Assembly: GCA_019058445.1 (NCBI GenBank)
Contig: JAHPZA010000008.1
Location: forward strand, 10,315-74,314
DNA from: Promethearchaeota archaeon
GTDB lineage: Archaea; Asgardarchaeota; Lokiarchaeia; Sigyniarchaeales; SOKP01
DNA: 64,000 bases
Reading direction: 5' to 3'
This document shows positions 29,557 to 37,951 of the stretch, piece after piece. The position numbers and the translations under genes are program-made. Position 1 is the first letter of the stretch, and every line of letters starts with the position of its first letter. The notes under the pieces are model-generated. The model was given only the letters and a program-made list of their open reading frames with translations, ran no database searches and was not told where the DNA came from.

Positions 29557-30654
29557 ATGATATTTGAAAATATACAATTTCCAATACAAGGTCCATTAAG
29601 AGAATTATTATTAATCTTGGAGTGGCTAATTATTTTATTATTTTTCGAAATAGCTATTGTATTTTATGTAAGAGTTAAAAAGCAAAAAATCAAAAAACAG
29701 CCTAATCAGCAAGAAAAAGGCTATGTAATGATGTTTTTAGGATATTCAATTATGTGGATCTTTTGTATTCTGGGTGATTATGCTGCAGAGAGTAATACTC
29801 TCAGAACCTTTTTTTTAAGTATTGGATTTTTCACAATGATGCTCTGCGGGTTAGTATTTTTATACAGAATGGAAAAATCTGAGATATTTTTTAAGAGGTT
29901 TCTTTTCTCAAAGATATTTGGTATTGTAATAATATTCATCTTCATTAGTGTGATAATAGGTATTGAATCTCCTCGAATTATAGCTTTTTTATTATTTTAC
30001 TCTATTTTCTATCTTTTTATGATAATATATCTCATAAAATTTGCTTCAAATCCCTATATAAAAAGCATCCAAAAAAATTTAACTATAATGACTTTAACTC
30101 TTTTAGTTGGCTTTACGTGTTTAGGGATAGGATTCTTCTTCACAACCGAATATATATTAAACTATTTTGGTTTGGTTTTCAGAGTTATTGGTGATATTAT
30201 TCAATTAATAGGATTTGTGCTTATTAGTGTTTTTTTCTTTAGTGTACCTTCATTAGAGGAGCATGAATGGAGAAAAAGGATTGATAAACTTTTTATAATG
30301 CTTAAATCGGGAATCTGTATTTATCATAAAGGATTTAAAGAAAAACTTAGCGAAATTGATGAACATTCTACTACGGGAGTTATTAAGAGTATTAATGATA
30401 TTCTTAAAGAGCTAACTGATAAAAAAGGTATTTCTATCATTGAAAAGACACATAAGATATTTATAATTCAACCAGGTAAATTTATTACTGGTTTGTTAAT
30501 ATGCGATCAAGAGTTAAATTCGCTTAAAGTTCTATTAAACAGGCTAATTGTAAATATTGAAGAAATTTACGCTAAAATTATTGAAGGTTGGAATTTTGAA
30601 ATAAAAATATTTGAACCAATTGAAGAAATGGCAAAAGAAATCTTTCTATTTTAA
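29557..30654 (+). CDS. 7TM membrane protein with a C-terminal longin-like cytoplasmic domain (paralog of the upstream gene)
   Basis: About 7 TM, then 'EHEWRKRIDKLFIMLKSGICIY...TGVIKSINDILKE...IFIIQPGKFITGLLIC' longin-like pattern. Confidence 0.68.
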   Translation: MIFENIQFPIQGPLRELLLILEWLIILLFFEIAIVFYVRVKKQKIKKQPNQQEKGYVMMFLGYSIMWIFCILGDYAAESNTLRTFFLSIGFFTMMLCGLVFLYRMEKSEIFFKRFLFSKIFGIVIIFIFISVIIGIESPRIIAFLLFYSIFYLFMIIYLIKFASNPYIKSIQKNLTIMTLTLLVGFTCLGIGFFFTTEYILNYFGLVFRVIGDIIQLIGFVLISVFFFSVPSLEEHEWRKRIDKLFIMLKSGICIYHKGFKEKLSEIDEHSTTGVIKSINDILKELTDKKGISIIEKTHKIFIIQPGKFITGLLICDQELNSLKVLLNRLIVNIEEIYAKIIEGWNFEIKIFEPIEEMAKEIFLF

Positions 30655-30683
30655 AAAATAAATTATATAAAAATAAAAATTAT

Positions 30684-32501
30684 TTATTTTGAATAAGATC
30701 CAAATTGTGGGAATTTCTTTATTTGTTCTGATGTGAAAATTGGTCCATCTTTACAAACACATACATCATTATTTTCTCCAATACAGCATGATCCACATAA
30801 TCCAACTCCACATTTCATCTTTCTCTCGAGTGAAGCTTGCACTTCTATGTTTTTTGTTTCAGCAATATCTAAAATGCGTTTCATCATAACTTCTGGGCCA
30901 CATGTCAGAATGAGATCGATATTCTCGTTATTAAGGATATCTTCCACGGCATCTGTTACGAAGCATTTTTTACCTCTAGAGCCATCATCAGTTGTACACA
31001 TGGTATTAGGGATCCAATCAATAAGACGATCGGCAAAGATTAGTGAAGCTTCGTCCTTAGCTCCGATTGCGACAAATACATTTTTCTTATTTTTCTTTAA
31101 AGGTTCGATCAAAGTTGTCACAGCTGCAATCCCCACACCACCACCGGTTACCAGAATATTTGTAGCGTCTTCATAATTCCATGCATTTCCAAATGGACCT
31201 CTTATCCCTATAATATCTCCTGCGTTCTTATTAAACAATTCAGCAGTTCCCTCACCGATTTTTTGCACGGTAATTTCAAGTAAATTCCCCTCAACATTAG
31301 AGATCGACATTGGTAAAAAGTCAACATCGGGTAACCATAGAACTACAAAATTTCCAGGTCTATAGGCTTTTGCAATTCGAGGATTTCTAATATAAAAACT
31401 TTTTAATTCAGGGGAATGATCTACGATTGAATCAATAACTGATATATCAGTTTTACTTCTGGTGATGTCTAATACTAATTCTTCATTATCTTTATCAAGT
31501 GATTTTTCTTCAAGAATTCCTTTTTCAATTGCTAAATCGAAAATTTGTTTTCCTCTCTGTGTTCTGATAATTGCGGTTTTCCAACCATTGTCACTGCCGA
31601 CCTCTCCTATGGCGATATCTGCAAAAGAAGCGGTGTAATCAGAACACGAAAAACACGCATTTCTAATAGATTTATCATAAAGCTGATTAAGTGGAATTTC
31701 TTTCACACTTGAATTGATAACTACTTTTAATTTAAAATTATTTCTGTCATGTTCGATGTTCTTAATTTCATTTGGGTTTATATAATACTCCTTAAAGATC
31801 TCATCTAATACTTTATTATGGAAAGTACCGAAGCAAAAGGTGCCAATCGCTAAGGAAACTAAGTCGAACGCTTCGAAATCGAAGCGAGGATGGTTCTGTA
31901 ATTTTCTAAGCCCTTGAATTTGACAAGGTGTACCTACCACGGCAATATCTACGAATCCCTTATTAATCGCATCTCCTATAAGTGATAAGGTAGGACTCTG
32001 ACTTGGTTTATATCCGATGCTCTTAAATAGTTCCTGTTGGTTTTCGGCAATCATAGGATATGGTTTGAAGTCCTCGTCCTTTCCCGTAACAATTGATGCA
32101 TCTATTATCCCCTGTTCCAGTGCGGTCCATAATAATGCGGTAATTGGTCCCGCATCCATCGCCAGTTTTTCCCGTGCTGAATCCGAAATCTTAACTGATA
32201 CAATTTTGATAAAGTGACCAAGAATTCTATCATGTTCTTTACCAAATACCCATTTATCCAATAGCGCTGAGGAAATTTTTTCGATTTCTGTTTTTGGACA
32301 AATATTATAACACAATCCAAATCCATCACGACAAGTATTAACATCTTTGCATGAGCCATCTTCAATCGGTACTTCTTTTTCAGAATCAAATTTAATATTT
32401 GCACAAAAAGCTCCACAAGCCCCGCAATATACACACTTTCCGGTTTTTATGATTTCAGAATCTAATTCTTGCCAACCTTTTTGAATTTTATCTATGTAAA
32501 T
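30684..32501 (-). CDS. Fusion of a ferredoxin/FrhB (F420-binding beta subunit) domain and a PyrK-type FAD/NAD(P)/[2Fe-2S] electron-transfer domain
   Basis: Frame is open beyond the track start (32315) through CVYCGACGAFC and C..GLCYNICP; FrhB motifs VGTPCQ, GTFC, CFSCSD, ADIAIG; PyrK motifs GPFGN, GGGVG, CGP, ERKMKCGVGLCGSC...CKDGP; likely ATT start at 32501. Confidence 0.85.
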   Translation of the reverse strand: MYIDKIQKGWQELDSEIIKTGKCVYCGACGAFCANIKFDSEKEVPIEDGSCKDVNTCRDGFGLCYNICPKTEIEKISSALLDKWVFGKEHDRILGHFIKIVSVKISDSAREKLAMDAGPITALLWTALEQGIIDASIVTGKDEDFKPYPMIAENQQELFKSIGYKPSQSPTLSLIGDAINKGFVDIAVVGTPCQIQGLRKLQNHPRFDFEAFDLVSLAIGTFCFGTFHNKVLDEIFKEYYINPNEIKNIEHDRNNFKLKVVINSSVKEIPLNQLYDKSIRNACFSCSDYTASFADIAIGEVGSDNGWKTAIIRTQRGKQIFDLAIEKGILEEKSLDKDNEELVLDITRSKTDISVIDSIVDHSPELKSFYIRNPRIAKAYRPGNFVVLWLPDVDFLPMSISNVEGNLLEITVQKIGEGTAELFNKNAGDIIGIRGPFGNAWNYEDATNILVTGGGVGIAAVTTLIEPLKKNKKNVFVAIGAKDEASLIFADRLIDWIPNTMCTTDDGSRGKKCFVTDAVEDILNNENIDLILTCGPEVMMKRILDIAETKNIEVQASLERKMKCGVGLCGSCCIGENNDVCVCKDGPIFTSEQIKKFPQFGSYSK

Positions 32502-32502
32502 T

Positions 32503-33102
32503 TTAATTCCCCCCCTCTTCTTTTAATTTTTTAAGAAAATCTTGTGCTTCTAGCTTTCCAAGTTCAAATGCTTCAATATTTTTATCTAAAGTTGCGCTCG
32601 GAACGAATTCTTGAATAGTTTTAAGTGCCGATTCCTCTGAAAAAATTCCCGAAAGCGCTGTAAAAGCACCGAAAAGAATAGTATTACCATATACGGTATT
32701 TCCAAATTTCTCTAAAGCTAATTTTTGAACCGGAATTGATAATGCTTTAGAGATTCTTTTAGCTGCTCTGAATTTTTGGATGGTTGAGGGATCCCAGATT
32801 AAGAATCCTGAATCTCCTTTTTTCAAACTACTCGGCTTTACATCCTTCGCGGACTCTTCTGAAAGAATTATCAAAAAGTCATATGGTTCTAAGGCTTTTG
32901 GATAATCAATTAATTTCATCTCTTTATCTAAATCAACTACTACTTCAGCCCAACATCGTCCTCCTCTCGCCGCAGCAGAATAAGCTTCGGTTTGAGTAGC
33001 GGCTAAATTTTCATAGAGCGCACTAGCCATTACAATCATCTTACTTAGGGTTATAACTCCTTGACCCCCAAAACCCGCAACTCTAATTTCATATCGAGCC
33101 AT
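32503..33102 (-). CDS. korC: 2-oxoacid:ferredoxin oxidoreductase gamma subunit
   Basis: AGFGGQG, YSAAARGG, NTILFGA. Confidence 0.9.
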   Translation of the reverse strand: MARYEIRVAGFGGQGVITLSKMIVMASALYENLAATQTEAYSAAARGGRCWAEVVVDLDKEMKLIDYPKALEPYDFLIILSEESAKDVKPSSLKKGDSGFLIWDPSTIQKFRAAKRISKALSIPVQKLALEKFGNTVYGNTILFGAFTALSGIFSEESALKTIQEFVPSATLDKNIEAFELGKLEAQDFLKKLKEEGGN

Positions 33103-34019
33103 TATTTATCCCCCATGGCTATTTTTTGAATTCTAGCATATTCTTCAGAATATTCTGGTTTATCTGACTCATATCTGAATTCCCCGATAATATATTTATT
33201 AAATAACTCCTCCTCAGTCATGAATTTGGCTTGATTTATTCTTACGCTGTTTCTTTTTATCCAATCTACCATTTTTCCACCAGTATCCATCTTTTTTCCC
33301 TCTAATCCTAAATATTCTGCACCTAAGCTATCTACATTTTTTCTTCCAAAGTAAGTAACACAGGGAGTAACGATTTCAATAACTGAAGTTCCTTTATGCT
33401 TTAAGGCTTTTTTAAAATATTTCATAAAGGTACGGGGATGTGCGACCGTTGTTCTTGCCACGTGAGTAGCTCCTGCAGCTAAAGCAAGTTTAATACCATC
33501 ACTTCGATTTTCAAACATAGTATAAGGTGTAGTGCTGCTTTTAGCTCCAAAAAGAGTTGTAGGTGCTCCTTGACCTCCCGTCATTCCATAAATACTATTA
33601 TTGAAGATAAATATGACACAATCTAGATTTCTTCGGCATAGATGGATGAAATGATTACCCCCAATGCCTAAACAATCTCCATCACCTGAAAAGACTATGG
33701 GTTTCATATTGGGATTAGCCATTTTCATTCCGGTAGCTACAGCTGGAGCTCTCCCATGAAGTGCTAAAACTTTTTGAGCGTCAGCATGAACTAATAGCAA
33801 AATCTGAGAATAACAGCCGATTCCAATTACTAACGGATGTAAATTCGGATCTAACTTTAAATCCTCAAAAACACGAGTGTAAATTTGTCCAATTATCCCA
33901 TATCCACAACCAGCACAAAATCTCGAAGAATAAGTGTTTAATATGCGACCGGCATATGAATCCAAAACATAAGGATGTTCTGGCTTCTCACTCGGATACA
34001 TTGGAAGTTCTCCCGACAT
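33102..34019 (-). CDS. korB: 2-oxoacid:ferredoxin oxidoreductase beta subunit (TPP-binding)
   Basis: FCAGCG, GIGC, LHGR, GDGD, NNSIYGMTGGQ, PCVT. Confidence 0.92.
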   Translation of the reverse strand: MSGELPMYPSEKPEHPYVLDSYAGRILNTYSSRFCAGCGYGIIGQIYTRVFEDLKLDPNLHPLVIGIGCYSQILLLVHADAQKVLALHGRAPAVATGMKMANPNMKPIVFSGDGDCLGIGGNHFIHLCRRNLDCVIFIFNNSIYGMTGGQGAPTTLFGAKSSTTPYTMFENRSDGIKLALAAGATHVARTTVAHPRTFMKYFKKALKHKGTSVIEIVTPCVTYFGRKNVDSLGAEYLGLEGKKMDTGGKMVDWIKRNSVRINQAKFMTEEELFNKYIIGEFRYESDKPEYSEEYARIQKIAMGDK

Positions 34020-35197
34020 TATTGTGCCACCTCCCTTATTGCTTTTAAAATATCATCTGGATGATGAAACACCGCTACTTGAGGAACTTTAATGATAGGA
34101 GTTCCAAGTGGAGTAACTCGTTCAACTTGCTCCGCAATAATTCCAGTGTAATTTAATTCGGGAACAATAACGGCTTTAGCATTTTTTACTACTTCTTTTA
34201 CTTGTTCATCTGGAAAGGGCCAGACAGTAATTAATCTAAAAGCTCCCACTTTAATTCCCTCTTCACGTGCTATTTCAATTGCTCTATAGCTTACTCTTAC
34301 AGGTAGACCATAAGCAATTATAACGATTTCAGCATCATCTAACTTATAATTTTCGGTAAGACAAATCTTATCCTTGTTTGTTTTAATTTTATCAACCATA
34401 GTCTGTACAAATCGAAAAGGATCAGGTGATAATATTCCTTCGGGACCGTGGGGAGTATGTAAAAACATACCTGGTACATATTCTGTTCCCATGATAGGTG
34501 GTTTAGGAATTACATATTCATTTTTGACTTTGTCTAAGTAGGAAAATACACGAGGACTAATCTCTTCAGATGGAGGGACCTCTCGTTTTATTACCTTATT
34601 TAATATCTCTTCTTTTGGCGGGATATCAACGACTTCATGTAAATGTCCTAAATACGCATCAGATAGGATAAATACAGGGCAACGATATGTCTCAGCATAA
34701 TTAAATGCAGTGATTGTTAAATCAAAGAGTTCCTGGCAATTCATAGGAGCTAATGCTATTACTTCAAACTCACCATTTCCAGAAAAACGTACAAGTCCTA
34801 GATCGTTATGATGAGGATCTGTTACGCTTCCAGTACCAGGACCACAGCGTTGTACATCGCAAAAAACAAAAGGAATTTCAAGATTTGCTGCCATTGAGAT
34901 AGTTTCTACCATTAATGACAGTCCTGGTCCAGAAGTTGCAGTCATAGCTTTTGCACCGACCAATGATGCGCCCATTACCGAATTAATAGATGCTAATTCA
35001 TCTTCCATTTGCATGCAGACACCCCCGACTTGAGGCAATCTTTTTGCAAGATGTTCAATTACCTCAGTACTTGGAGTTATGGGATACCCTCCAAAAAACC
35101 TTAAACCAGCGGATATCGCTCCCTCGGCCATAGCTTCATTGCCCATCATTAAATGTCTTCCTGGTTTTAGAAATCTTTTACCATTTTGATTATTCAT
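34019..35197 (-). CDS. korA: 2-oxoacid:ferredoxin oxidoreductase alpha subunit
   Basis: GNEA, GYPITPSTE, QMEDE, TATSGPG, QRCGPGTG; true start is ATG 35197 after GAGGTGA, not the track's 35344. Confidence 0.92.
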   Translation of the reverse strand: MNNQNGKRFLKPGRHLMMGNEAMAEGAISAGLRFFGGYPITPSTEVIEHLAKRLPQVGGVCMQMEDELASINSVMGASLVGAKAMTATSGPGLSLMVETISMAANLEIPFVFCDVQRCGPGTGSVTDPHHNDLGLVRFSGNGEFEVIALAPMNCQELFDLTITAFNYAETYRCPVFILSDAYLGHLHEVVDIPPKEEILNKVIKREVPPSEEISPRVFSYLDKVKNEYVIPKPPIMGTEYVPGMFLHTPHGPEGILSPDPFRFVQTMVDKIKTNKDKICLTENYKLDDAEIVIIAYGLPVRVSYRAIEIAREEGIKVGAFRLITVWPFPDEQVKEVVKNAKAVIVPELNYTGIIAEQVERVTPLGTPIIKVPQVAVFHHPDDILKAIREVAQ

Positions 35198-35210
35198 ATG
35201 ATTCACCTCT

Positions 35211-35495
35211 TTATGTTTTGGCTTTTCCAGCCGAATTTTCTGTACCCTCTTCAATGATATAGATTGCCCAGTCCGGACAACCAAATTCACACCGCCTACA
35301 CATCGTACAATACTTTTCTTTGCCTTCCTTGACTCTTGGAACATAAGCTATTCGCATATTTAATTCATCTCCGATTTCTAATATACCCGTAGGACACACT
35401 GCAACACATATTTCACAGCCACCACATCGATCTTTATTAAAAAATAAGGAAAAATTTTTTTCTTTGTTTTCAATTAATTTTGGAATTTTAATCAA
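35211..35495 (-). CDS. korD: 2-oxoacid:ferredoxin oxidoreductase delta subunit (2x[4Fe-4S] ferredoxin)
   Basis: CGGCEICVAVCP and CTMCRRCEFGCP; start is TTG 35495 or ATT 35486. Confidence 0.9.
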   Translation of the reverse strand: MIKIPKLIENKEKNFSLFFNKDRCGGCEICVAVCPTGILEIGDELNMRIAYVPRVKEGKEKYCTMCRRCEFGCPDWAIYIIEEGTENSAGKAKT

Positions 35496-35528
35496 CTCCG
35501 TTAATTATTGAGTAATTAAATATGTTAA

Positions 35529-35542
35529 CAGTTATAAATTTC
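35529..35542 (-). promoter_or_regulatory. BRE/TATA-like element GAAATTTATAACTG upstream of korD
   Basis: Identical 14-mer also at 39222..39235 upstream of the dehydrogenase. Confidence 0.5.
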
Positions 35543-35623
35543 AATTTATTAAATTTTAAGTTTTTTCAAAATAAATCTTAATTGAAAGAATGCCATTATT
35601 TTTTTTTAAAAAAGTAGATAGTA

Positions 35624-35698
35624 TTATAAGTTATTGTATTCTTCTAGTCTTTTTTCAGCAATATCATCAATACTGCCATAATCTAAATAATTTAACAT
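35624..35698 (-). pseudogene. 3' stub of an isocitrate/isopropylmalate dehydrogenase-family gene
   Basis: Reads YGSIDDIAEKRLEEYNNL* vs YSNTDDVAKKILEEYKKL* at the end of 37952..39130; 45/57 nt identical by manual alignment. Confidence 0.75.
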
Positions 35699-35804
35699 AG
35701 AGAATTTATTTTAATAAAGAAATTATATTAAGTAACACTTACTTGCATTTGAAGTCTTTTAAAGAAACATTAGTGCAAGCAATTTATATTTAAAAGAAAT
35801 AGTT

Positions 35805-36215
35805 ATGAAACGAAAAATTCGTGTCCTCATAGCTAAACCAGGTCTAGACGGCCATGCTCGAGGGGCAAAGGTAGTCTCAATGGCATTAAGAGACGCTGGG
35901 ATGGAAGTAATTTATACAGGACTTCAACAAACACCTGAACAAATAGTCAATGCTGCTTTACAGGAGGATGTTGATTGTATTGGAATATCCATTCTAAGTG
36001 GTGCTCATATGACATTAATACCTCGCATCTTAGAATTGATTAAAAAACAAGGATTATCAGATAAATTAATAATCGCAGGAGGCACTATTGTTTTAGAAAA
36101 AGATATAGAAGCTCTCAAGGAATTGGGAGTTAATGAAATATTCGGTCCAGGAACTCCAACAAAAGAAATTATTGATCATATTAATCACTATTTTGGAATA
36201 ATCAATAAACTTTAA
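35805..36215 (+). CDS. Acyl-CoA mutase cobalamin-binding small subunit
   Basis: [10 protein letters not shown] (DxHxxG), SILSGAH, GG, FGPGT. Confidence 0.95.
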   Translation: MKRKIRVLIAKPGLDGHARGAKVVSMALRDAGMEVIYTGLQQTPEQIVNAALQEDVDCIGISILSGAHMTLIPRILELIKKQGLSDKLIIAGGTIVLEKDIEALKELGVNEIFGPGTPTKEIIDHINHYFGIINKL

Positions 36216-36247
36216 AATTCAATAAACAACCAAAGAGGCAATAAGAA

Positions 36248-37909
36248 ATGTATGATAAAGAGAAATTAAAAGAAATAAAAAATAATGAGGTGTTTTGGAA
36301 AAATATAATTGTTCAAAAATGGATTGAAAGATTTCCTGAAATAAAAAATGAATTCAAAACATCTTCAGGTATAATACTTAAAAATGTCTATACTCCCATA
36401 GATATCGTGAATTTGGATTATTCAAATGACCTTTCATTTCCCGCTATTTATCCTTTTACACGTGGAATTTACCCAAATATGTATAGAGGTCGAATATGGA
36501 CTATACGTCAAGTAACAGGGTTTGGTAAGGCCGAAGAAACCAGTGAAAGACTTTCTTTTTTAGATAAAGCAGGACAGACAGGTCTAAATATTGTTTTTGA
36601 CATGCCTACTCACCATGGGTTGGATTCGGATGATCCTATCGCAGAAGGAGAGGTAGGTAGAGAGGGCGTTGCGATTGATACAATCAAAGATATGGAAGAT
36701 CTATTTGATGGAATTCCTCTTGATCAGGTAAGCACTTCACTCATAACGATCGGTGCAGCCCCGATATTACTGGCTATGTATATTGCAATAGCTGAAAAAA
36801 GAGGGATGAAATCTGAAAATTTAGCAGGTACTATTCAGAATGATTCTATTACTGCTTTTGCAGTAACTGGTGCTGAAGGTTCTGGTATCAGGCTTGATCC
36901 GCTTATAAGACTTGCCGTAGATACTGCTGACTATTGTATCAGATATATGCCAAAGTGGTATCCATTAAGTATTGTAGGATATCATATACGTGAAGCTGGA
37001 GCTAATGCAGTTCAAGAATTAGCATTTACCTTAGCTAGTGGTATTGCATATGTTAAGGAACTTTTAAAAAAAGGATTGGATATTGATGAGATAGGACCAA
37101 AGATAACATTCTTCTTTGGTGCGCATAATAATTTTTTCGAAGAAATTGCTAAATTCAGAGCTGCCCGAAGGATGTGGGCTCGAATTATGAAGAAATGGTT
37201 CCATGCTAAAGATATAAGATCAATGGTTTTAAAATATCACGTTCAAACCTGTGGATGTACCTTAATCGCTCCACAACCAGAAACAAATATCATAAGAACC
37301 ACGATTCAAGCTCTAGCAGCTATTTTAGGTGGAACAAATTCTTTGCATACCAATTCTATGGATGAAGCATTTGCTTTACCCTCAGAAAAAGCATCGAGAA
37401 TTGCTGTAAGGACTCAGCAAATTATAGCTCATGAATCAGGAGTAGCTGAAGTATGCGACCCTCTTGGTGGTTCTTATTTCATAGAGGCACTCACTAATGA
37501 AGTCGAAAAAGAGGCTTATAAGTATATCGAAAGAATTGAAGATATGGGTGGGATGATTGAAGCTGTGAAAAAAGAATATATTCAAAATGAGGTTGCAAAG
37601 TCAGCTTATAAATATCAAAAGGATATAGAAAGCGAAAAAAGTATTGTGGTGGGTTTAAATAAATACCAGATTGATGAGAAATTAGAACTTAACCTCTTTA
37701 AAATAGGACGCAATTATGAAATACGGCAAATTGAAAATTTACAAAAGATTAGAAAAACAAGAGATAATCTTAAAGTTAAAGAAGTTTTATCTGAAATTAG
37801 TGATGGATTGCATAAAGGTGAAAATCTTATGCCGCTGCTAATTAAAGCAGTCAAAACCTATGCAACAATAGGAGAACTTATGGGAATATTAAAGAAGGAT
37901 TTAATTTAA
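36248..37909 (+). CDS. Acyl-CoA mutase large subunit (methylmalonyl-CoA mutase family, atypical specificity residues)
   Basis: PFTRG, WTIRQ, GLDSD, GTIQND, YHIREAG, EIAKFRAARR, SLHTNSMDEA, DPLGGSY. Confidence 0.93.
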   Translation: MYDKEKLKEIKNNEVFWKNIIVQKWIERFPEIKNEFKTSSGIILKNVYTPIDIVNLDYSNDLSFPAIYPFTRGIYPNMYRGRIWTIRQVTGFGKAEETSERLSFLDKAGQTGLNIVFDMPTHHGLDSDDPIAEGEVGREGVAIDTIKDMEDLFDGIPLDQVSTSLITIGAAPILLAMYIAIAEKRGMKSENLAGTIQNDSITAFAVTGAEGSGIRLDPLIRLAVDTADYCIRYMPKWYPLSIVGYHIREAGANAVQELAFTLASGIAYVKELLKKGLDIDEIGPKITFFFGAHNNFFEEIAKFRAARRMWARIMKKWFHAKDIRSMVLKYHVQTCGCTLIAPQPETNIIRTTIQALAAILGGTNSLHTNSMDEAFALPSEKASRIAVRTQQIIAHESGVAEVCDPLGGSYFIEALTNEVEKEAYKYIERIEDMGGMIEAVKKEYIQNEVAKSAYKYQKDIESEKSIVVGLNKYQIDEKLELNLFKIGRNYEIRQIENLQKIRKTRDNLKVKEVLSEISDGLHKGENLMPLLIKAVKTYATIGELMGILKKDLI

Positions 37910-37951
37910 GTTTCATAAGAAATTATAAAAATTTTAAAAATAAATCATCTT

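Noticed and set aside
32105-32434. 109-aa minus-strand ORF
   Set aside because: Alternate frame over the real Fe-S N-terminus of the FrhB-PyrK gene.
34019-35344. Track ORF giving KorA a 49-aa N-terminal extension
   Set aside because: It overlaps korD; ATG 35197 has a GAGGTGA SD and homology starts there.
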